DNA of 31,860 nucleotides from Octopus sinensis (Eukaryota): NCBI RefSeq assembly GCF_006345805.1, contig NW_021829659.1, positions 1 to 31,860 of the forward strand, read 5' to 3'. Shown piece by piece: positions 23,362 to 31,860 of this stretch (position 1 is its first letter; each line of letters starts with the position of its first letter). The notes under the pieces were generated by a model. It saw only the letters and a program-made list of their open reading frames with translations, ran no database searches and was not told where the DNA came from. The position numbers and the translations under genes were made by a program.

Positions 23362-23479
23362 TATTATTATTATTATTATATTATTATTATTATTATTGAG
23401 TGAGAGAGCAGTGCATGCCATCAAAGTGATTCTATTCACCATTATTATTATGCGTCTCAGAATAAAACATTTCCATATC

Positions 23480-23512
<33 letters not shown>

Positions 23513-23540
23513 ATGTATTATGTATGTATGTATTTATGTA

Positions 23541-23575
<35 letters not shown>

Positions 23576-23577
23576 TA

Positions 23578-23636
<59 letters not shown>

Positions 23637-23641
<5 letters not shown>

Positions 23642-24126
23642 TAGAAAAACCCACCTTTTATCAATTCAATAATGAAAAATTAAATTATACCATCTAGGAA
23701 ATTACATATTATAGAAAGATTAAATATAAGATAAAACATATAACGATGATTAAGTAATGTGCAAAATATATATATAAATTAGAAAAACCCACCTTTTATC
23801 AATTCAATAATGAAAAATTAAATTATACCATCTAGGAAATTACATATTATAGAAAGATTAAATATAAGATAAAACATATAACGATGATTAAGTAATGTGC
23901 AAAATAATAAATAAAACGTATATATTTGGTATATATATGTTTTATCTTATATCTAATCTTCCTATGATATGTAATTTTCTAGATGGTATAATTTAATTTT
24001 TCATTATTGAATTGATAAAAGGTCGTTTTTTTTCTAATTTATATATATATATATTAAATTTTGTGAAATTTGATTTAGTATTTCTAAATTGAATTTTTCC
24101 CTGTAAATTTGGAATAATATTCCCTC

Positions 24127-24130
<4 letters not shown>
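23637..24130. mobile_element. Foldback/MITE-like element with ~105-bp inverted arms in (TA)n; left arm duplicated
   Basis: aattagaaaaacccacctttt... arm and its reverse complement at ~23774-24045. Related pieces at ~20890-21055, ~25590-25825 and ~30350-30445. Confidence 0.7.
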
Positions 24131-24159
<29 letters not shown>

Positions 24160-24161
<2 letters not shown>

Positions 24162-24370
24162 GTGACCTCGTGTGTACCGTTGGCGAATTTTTTCCCTCTG
24201 TCTTCCCTTCTCTGGATCTTTCCTTCTCCTATGTTTCCGACGAAGAGCTCCGCTCGAAACGTTAAACCCTCCTTCTTTCCTTCTTTCCTGAGCGTCCAAT
24301 AATACTATATTTGTTCCACGTCCTCGCGTTGTTGTGTTTTTTTGTGCTTTCTTGTTTGGATTAACTTTAT
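24160..24370 (+). mobile_element. ~210-bp interspersed repeat with a hammerhead-like motif (Penelope-like terminal repeat)
   Basis: Inverted copy at 26387-26577; motif at 24233-24267. Confidence 0.6.
24233..24267 (+). ncRNA. Minimal type I hammerhead ribozyme candidate
   Basis: gttt-CCGACGA-a-gagc/tcc/gctc-GAAA-CG-TT-aaac: 4-bp stem I, 4-bp stem II, palindromic ACGT stem III, U4C variant and an extra A after A9. Confidence 0.55.
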
Positions 24371-24435
24371 ATATATATATATATATATATATACAAGAAA
24401 ATGGAGGAAAAAATTCATTTCGATCATCAACTTAC

Positions 24436-25104
24436 GGATATTACAATTTCACATTATTCATTAATTATAGAAATAGTTGTCATTAGCATCGAGATGCACA
24501 TTCATTAGCAGACGATACGGTGTCATTAGCAGACGATACGTTGTCATTAGCAGACGATACGGTGTCATTAGCAGACGATACGTTGTCATTAGCAGACGAT
24601 ACGTTGTAATTAGCAGACGATACGTTGTCATTAGCAGACGATACGTTGTAATTAGCAGACGATACGTTGTCATTAGCAGACGATACGTTGTCATTAGCAG
24701 ATGATAAGATGTCATTAGCAGACGATACGGTGTCATTAGCAGACGATAAGATGTCATTAGCAGACGATACGTTGTCATTAGCAGACGATACGTTGTCATT
24801 AGCAGACGATACGGTGTCATTAGCAGACGATACGTTGTCATTAGCAGACGATACGGTGTCATTAGCAGACGATACGGTGTCATTAGCAGACGATAAGATG
24901 TCATTAGCAGACGATACGGTGTCATTAGCAGACGATAAGATGTCATGTCATTAGCAGACGATAAGATGTCATTAGCAGACGATACGGTGTCATATGTTGT
25001 ATTCCGAGCAGATAAGCACTTTGATTTGGTTATTTCCGAGAATAGGACATTGGTACACGCTGGTTTTCCAGCTTTCGGAGTCACAAAATGTAGAAGAGTC
25101 AATT
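24436..25104 (-). pseudogene. Degenerate duplicate of the PAN exon (candidate alternative or poison exon)
   Basis: FVTPKAGKPACTNVLFSEITKSKCL..TVSSANECASRC aligns with exon 2. Acceptor tgtcag|AA is in frame with the exon 2 donor; donor CC|GTAAGT. Contains a frameshift and stops. Confidence 0.75.
24502..24989. repeat. 23 x 21-bp tandem repeat plus a 5-bp insertion
   Basis: 488 bp = 23 x 21 + 5; unit tcattagcagacgata(cgg/cgt/aga)tg. Confidence 0.95.
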
Positions 25105-25204
25105 CTGACAGCAATATGAGAAGCAAATGATACACATAATCACATAAGGTTAATAATGGTAAAAATTACAAATGCAGAAGACAAGGAAATTGTGATTTAC
25201 CTAC

Positions 25205-25534
25205 CGTTTCCAGAGAGCAAAATATACGATGAACAGTTGCAGTCGTAATCTTTAATTTCTTTGTCGTAAAGCGATCGATGCATATAACAAGAGCCATTGC
25301 AATAGCTAACATATTCGCATGGATCGTAACAAATACACCGAAGAGTACAGTCTTCAGCAGACGACGTGTTTTCTATCGTTTTAATCCGAGAAAGTAAACA
25401 TTTTGATGCGGTGAGTTCGCCGAAAATGACTTTTGTAAGCTCTGATGCTCCAGTTCTCGGAGTGGCGAAGAACACGAGAGACAAAGCTGGCAGCGATATG
25501 AGAATCAGACTAAATTGCATTGATGTTTCCATTC
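25205..25534 (-). CDS. Coding exon 2: signal peptide + PAN/apple-like domain
   Basis: ttttcag|GA acceptor and AACG|GTAGGT donor. Hydrophobic FSLILISLPALSLVFFA, then C-x16-C-x3-C..C..C..C (SSAEDCTLRCICYDPCEYVSYCNGSCYMH). Confidence 0.85.
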
Positions 25535-25925
25535 CTGAAAAATATACAAGTATACATTCTTGTATTTATGTATGTATATATATATATAAATTAATTAGAA
25601 AAACCCACCTTTTATCAATTCAATAATGAAAAATTAAATTATACCATCTAGGAAATTACATATTATGGAAAGATTAAATATAAGATAAAACATATAACGA
25701 TGATTAAGTAATGTGCAAAATAATAAATAAAACGTATATATTTGGTATATATATGTTTTATCTTATATCTAATCTTCCTATGATATGTAATTTTCTAGAT
25801 GGTGTAATTTAATTTTTCATTAAATTTATACATACATACATACATACAGACACATAGAGACATACACACACATGATTTGCATATATATATATTATATAAT
25901 ATATATATAATATATATATATATAT

Positions 25926-25997
<72 letters not shown>

Positions 25998-26345
25998 TAC
26001 ATATATATACATATATATAATGTATGTACAAATATACACACACAATATATATATATATACATACACACATACACACACGTCTTTGCATATATATATATAT
26101 ACATGTATATATATATATACATATATATAAATGTATGTACAAATATATATATATATATACAACACACATATATGTATATATACACAAATACACACACATC
26201 TACATATGCATGTATATACATACACGTAAATATGTATACATATATATGTATGTATATGCATACATATATGTGTGTGTGTGCGTGTATATATGTGTAAGTG
26301 TGTGTGTACATACATACATGCTTACATACAAACACACACACACAA

Positions 26346-26386
<41 letters not shown>

Positions 26387-26577
26387 AAGTTAATCCAAAC
26401 AAGAAAGCACAAAAGAACACAACAACGCGAGGACGTGGAACAAATATAGTATTATTGGACGCTCAGGAAAGAAGGAGGGCTTAACATTTCGAGCGGAACT
26501 CTTCGTCGGAAACATAGGGAAGGAAAGATCCAGAGAAGGGAAGACAGAGGAAAAAAATCGCCAAACGGTACACACGC
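26387..26577 (-). mobile_element. Inverted copy of the hammerhead-bearing repeat
   Basis: Reverse complement of 24170-24370. The motif at 26479-26513 has ATGT instead of ACGT and a weakened stem I. Confidence 0.7.
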
Positions 26578-26589
26578 TGTCAATCTTTC

Positions 26590-26624
<35 letters not shown>

Positions 26625-26634
26625 TATATATATA

Positions 26635-26678
<44 letters not shown>

Positions 26679-26832
26679 TATATATATATAAGTAGGTGAT
26701 GAATTATCCTAGTATTGATAATTCGGTTAATCGATATCGGGTAGCAAATTCACGTCAGAAAACACGGGTGAAGAGCTACATGCAAGGGTAGAAACCCCGT
26801 GTTCTTGTGTGGTAATTGTTGTGTTTTTTTTC

Positions 26833-26913
<81 letters not shown>

Positions 26914-27366
26914 GAGAATGTGTGTCTGTCTATCTATATATGTGAATCCCTAAAACTGGAGAAGTACCCTACCGATTTCATTCAAATGTTGCACATGCAT
27001 TACTTAGGGTCCATGGAGTGTCAATGGGTCAATAAAATTTTCAACTTCAAAGCGGACCCAGATCAATCTTTTAAACTGGTTCGGTATTTCGCATAAGAGA
27101 TAGACGAACTGTAAACTTCACAACAGCAGGATTCAAAATCAAAATATAAGTGTATGAGGCTAAATATTACACATTTTATTAGTTGATCTAAAATTTTTAC
27201 AAATCCCACTGCGACCTTTCCATCCTCTTTGGAAATGAGAAATAATAACGGTAAACCTAATGTAATGAAAGCACAAGTCAGCCACAGTATTTTACATTAT
27301 AGAATAATAAAAAGCAATTTCAGTAATAATCTCTCTTTTCATTCTTAATATCATTAATTCACTTAC

Positions 27367-27379
27367 CTTTAAGATTCAT
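27367..27379 (-). CDS. Putative first coding segment (MNLK-G), exon 1
   Basis: ATG AAT CTT AAA G|GTAAGT is a consensus donor; phase 1 joins GA ATG GAA of exon 2 in frame. The 5' extent of the exon is unknown. Confidence 0.65.
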
Positions 27380-28011
27380 GACTGTTTCAGAGTTGTAAGA
27401 TTAACTTCACTTTTAGTTGAAAATCGACAAACCAGACGTGTCCCACTGGAAAAAATGTCGTCTGCCTTTTAATGTCACTTTCTAGTTTCGATAAACCGGC
27501 TTTCTTTCACTTATTTCTATTCTCTTCGTTCTGACAATTCAAGAAAAAACTTAGGATATATCACCGTTGATTTCTTTTTGCATTGGCTTCCAAAATATGA
27601 TAAGTTCTTAAAACAATATCTCCAGGTTTTTTCCACTCCTACAAATATAGTTGTGCAATTTGAACTTTCCTTCTCTCCAACACTAGAAGTTGTCACCAGG
27701 TTGTTTGTTAAACGCCTTCTTAAACCTTATATTGTCGTTCCTTTTCTTCCAAAATACTTTGCTTTTATGATTATAAGCGGGTTATCAGTTTAACCATCAG
27801 CTTCGTTAGTTTTCTAAACAATGGCCGTTTCTAACCATCGATCTTTGCAAAAACACCTCTTGAAACAAGTTGCCTGTATTAATACGCTTGGTGAACAATT
27901 CGCAATATATCGATAGCTTTCGATCGGCTTCTTATCTTTTCCGTTTTGCAGACGATAAATCAATAATCATGCGGTTGCATGAGGTGCGATCGATAATAAG
28001 AAGGAGATGAG

Positions 28012-28724
28012 AGCGGCGAGGTGGTAGCAGAAACGTTGCACGCCGGGCGAAATGCGTAGCCGAGGTCGACTTTGCCTTTCATCGTTTCGGGGTCGATAAA
28101 TAAAGTACCAGTTTCGCACTGGAGTCGATGTAATCGACTTAATCCGTTTGTCTGTCCTTGTTCGTCCCCTCTGTGTTTAGTCCCTTTGTGGGTAGTAAAG
28201 AAATAAGAAACGTTAGCACGCCGTGCGAAATGCTTAGCGGTATTTCGTCTGTTGTTACGTTCTGAGTTCAAATTCCGCCGAGGTCGCATTTGCCTTTCAT
28301 CCTTTCGGGGTCGATAAATAAAGTACCTGTTTCGTACTAGGGTCGATGTAATCGACTTAATCCGTCTTTTTGTCCTCTCTGTGTTTAGCCCCTTGTGGGT
28401 AGTAAAGAAATATATATCTCTCTAAAGGCGGCGAGCTGGCAGAAACGTTAGCACGCCGGGCGAAATGCGCAGCCGTATTTCGTCTGCCGTTACGTTCTGA
28501 GTTCAAATTCCGCCGAGGTCGACTATGCCTTTCATCCTTTCGGGGTCGATTAAATAAGTACCAGTTACGCACTGGGGCCGATGTAATCGACTTAATCCGT
28601 TTGCCTGTCCTTGTTTGTCCCCTCTGTGTTTAGCCCCTTTGTGGGTAGTAAAGAAATAAGAAACGTTAGCACACCGGGCGAAATGCTTAGCGGTATTTCG
28701 TCTGCCGTTATGTTCTGAGTTCAC
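28012..28724 (+). repeat. Four head-to-tail partial SINE B copies
   Basis: The tail gtaaagaaata restarts at agaaacgttagcac; the first copy has an internal gccg-mediated deletion. Confidence 0.85.
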
Positions 28725-28739
28725 CCTGAATTTATATGC

Positions 28740-28982
28740 TCTTTTACTCTTTTACTCTTTTACTTGTTTCAGTCATTTGACTGCGGCCATGCTGGAGCAC
28801 CGCCTTTAATCGAGCAACTCGACTCCGGGACTTATTCTTTGTAAGCCCAGTACTTATTCTATCGGTCTCTTTTGCTGAACCGGTAAGTGACGGGGATGTA
28901 AACACACCAGCATCGGTTGTCAGCAATGCTAAGGGGACAAACACAGACACACGAACAACACACACACACACACACGCATATA

Positions 28983-29038
<56 letters not shown>

Positions 29039-29200
29039 CATACGACGGGCTTCTTTCAGTTTCCGTCTACCAAATCCACTCACAAGGCTCTGGTCGTCCC
29101 GAGGCTATAGTAGAAGACACTTGCCCAAGGTGCCACGCAGAGGGACTGAACCCGGAACCATGTGGTTGGTAAACAAGCTACTTACCACACAGCCACTCCT
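28740..29200 (-). mobile_element. SINE family A
   Basis: Reverse complement of 8795-9210, including the (TA)n(TG)n middle. Confidence 0.9.
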
Positions 29201-30025
29201 GTATATATATATACATACATACACACATACATACATTCACAACACCTGTATATATATACATACCTACACACATACATACTTTCACAACACTTGTATATAT
29301 ATATATACATACACACATACATACTTTCACAACACCTGTATATATATATACATACACATATACATACATTCACAACACCTGTATATATATACATACATAC
29401 ACACATACATACATTCACAACACCTGTATATATATATACATACATTCACATATACATAATCACAAACACTGTATATATACATACATACACACATAATACA
29501 TTCACAACCCTGTATATACATTCACATATACATACATTCACAACACCTGTATATATATATACATACATTCACATATACATACATTCACAACACCTGTATA
29601 TATATACATACATACACACATACATACATTCACAACACCTGTATATACATTCACATATACATACATTCACAACACCTGTATATATATACATACATACACA
29701 TATACATACATTCACAACACCTGTATATATATACATACATACACACATACATACATTCACAACACCTGTATATACATTCACATATACATACATTCACAAC
29801 ACCTGTATATATATACATACATACACATATACATACATTCACAACACCTGTATATATATACATACATATATACATACATTCACAACACCTGTATATATAT
29901 ACATACATACACATATACATACATTCACAACACCTGTATATATATACATACATACACACATACATACATTCACAACCCTGTATATATATACATACATACA
30001 CACATACATACATTCACAACACATA
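29200..30025. repeat. Minisatellite, about 19 units of 37-47 bp (cacaacacctgtatatatatacatacat...)
   Basis: Direct reading. Confidence 0.9.
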
Positions 30026-30436
30026 TGTGTGAATGTGTAATTATACGTCCATAACTGATAAATAATATGGCTTTTTAAACGCATAAAATGTTCAAACCAC
30101 AATATATTTTGCGAAGATTAAAAATATGCATATATCAAATTAATCAATATTGATTATCTATTGATAAGGCTACAGTTTGTTTTTCACAAACAGCAGCTGG
30201 CAGAATCGTTACCGCCCCGGACAAAATACTTAGAGACATTTCGTCCGTCTTCACGTTCTAAGTTCAAATGCTGGCATGATTGACTTTGCCTTCCATCTAC
30301 GTTTTTATTATTTTTTTTGCAATTTACTTAATCATTGGTATATTGTAATTTTAATTTTATATTTCTATTATATGTAATTTTCTAGATGGTGTAATTTACT
30401 GGTCATTTTGAATTGATAAAAGGTGTTTTTTTTTTC

Positions 30437-30502
<66 letters not shown>

Positions 30503-30505
<3 letters not shown>

Positions 30506-30661
30506 GCTGTGTGGTAAGTAGCTTGCTAACCAACCACATGGCTCCGGGTTCAGTCCCACTGCGTGGCATCTTGGGCAAGTGTCTTCTGCTATAGCCCCGG
30601 CCGACCAATGCCTTGTGAGTGGATTTGGTAGACGGAAACTGAAAGAAGCCTGTCGTATATG

Positions 30662-30692
<31 letters not shown>

Positions 30693-30875
30693 TTGTCCCC
30701 CTAGCATGCTTGACACAGATGCTGGTGTGTTTACGTCCCGTCACTTAGCGGTTCGGCAAAAGAGACCGATAGAATAAGTACTGGGCTTACAAAGAATAAG
30801 TCCCGGGGTCGATTTGCTCGACTAAGGCGGGTGCTCCAGCATGGCCGCAGGCAAATGACTGAAACAAGTAAAAGA
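30503..30875 (+). mobile_element. SINE family A, slightly 5'-truncated, in (TA)n
   Basis: Similar to the other copies. Confidence 0.88.
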
Positions 30876-31477
30876 TAAAAGATATTAATACTTGTACTTG
30901 TAGAGACATTCACCCTGGGCGGGTTGAGTCGGCTTCTTCCACCACCCTCGTGGCATCTCGAACCATGGCGGTGGAAGAAGTTTCGTGGGAATATGTGGAT
31001 TTCACAAGCGGTCCCCAACAATCCCACATGTAGTAGAGACATCCTGTTTGCCGCAGATTGTCCGCAGACGCAGGGACAGAACGACCGAGGAGCCGGCGGT
31101 TACCGAAACAGACACTCCGAGGATGTTGCGGCCCTAATACCACTCGGTGTCAGACCAATCCGCCTTGGGTGGCCTTACCAGGAACCGAAGTTCCCGACGG
31201 CATAGCTCTGACACTACCCGTTGCCAGCGTCCCCTACACGGTGAGGAGGGGATGGATTTTGGGTTATTTGATACTAAATACCTGCTTAACCCCTCCCCGA
31301 AATTGCTGGCCTTGTGCCAAAATTTGAAATCAATATTTCCATTTTATTCCCTCAAAATTATTTAACCAGTTTATGCATCAAACGTTTAAAAGAACAATCG
31401 GATCTTTCTTGCTTCAACTTGTTACTTCTCTTAAATCAATCAGCCATTCTTTCCTATTCTTAATATTCACTTTACAT

Positions 31478-31860
31478 AAGGCGGCGAGCTCGCAGAAACG
31501 TTAGTACGCCGGGCGAAATGCGAAGCCGTATTTCGTCTGCCGAAGGCGGCGAGCTGGCAGAAACGTTAGCACGCCGGGCGAAATGCGAAGCCGTATTTCG
31601 TCTGCCGAAGGCGGCGTGATGGCAGAAACGTTAGTACGCCGGGCGAAATGCGTAGCCGTATTTCGTCTGCCGAAGGCGGCGAGCTGGCAGAAACGTTAGT
31701 ACGCCGGGCGAAATGCGTAGCCGTATTTCGTCTGCCGAAGGCGGCGAGCTGGCAGAAACGTTAGTACGCCGGGCGAAATGCGAAGCCGTATTTCGTCTGC
31801 CGAAGGCGGCGTGGGCAGAAAAGGCAAGAAGAAACGTTAGTACGCCGGGCGAAATGCGTA
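31478..31860 (+). repeat. 65-bp tandem array of the SINE B head (5 complete + 1 disrupted), running off the window
   Basis: aaggcggc at 31478, 31543, 31608, 31673, 31738, 31803. Confidence 0.92.

Noticed and set aside
24502-24989. Regular short repeats resembling a CRISPR array
   Set aside because: Units abut with no unique spacers, there are no cas genes, and the context is eukaryotic.
24461-25135. Stand-alone 224-aa gene starting MYHLLL
   Set aside because: The start is GTG and no in-frame ATG exists; better explained as a spliced duplicate exon.

Overview
Eukaryotic, AT-rich, transposon- and microsatellite-dense DNA. The SINE families resemble those of Octopus (inference; species not determinable). 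The ORF track is almost all microsatellite or repeat noise. Manual splice-site reading recovers one minus-strand gene spanning about 23 kb (coding exons 27379-27367, 25534-25205, 20260-20163, 13559-13411, 11159-11092, 4521-4355). All splice phases are compatible, giving 825 nt and a 274-aa predicted secreted protein: signal peptide, PAN/apple-like Cys domain, and an unnamed domain recalled from invertebrate proteins. A degenerate duplicate of the PAN exon lies 100 bp downstream and carries 23 copies of a 21-bp coding repeat. Introns and flanks hold SINEs (several turned into tandem arrays), non-autonomous Helitrons, RTE and R4/Dong-like LINE fragments, MITEs, a Tc2/pogo-like element with a higher-order satellite, Penelope-type hammerhead-like motifs and long near-perfect palindromes. 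Repeat boundaries are approximate unless a TSD or terminus is quoted.
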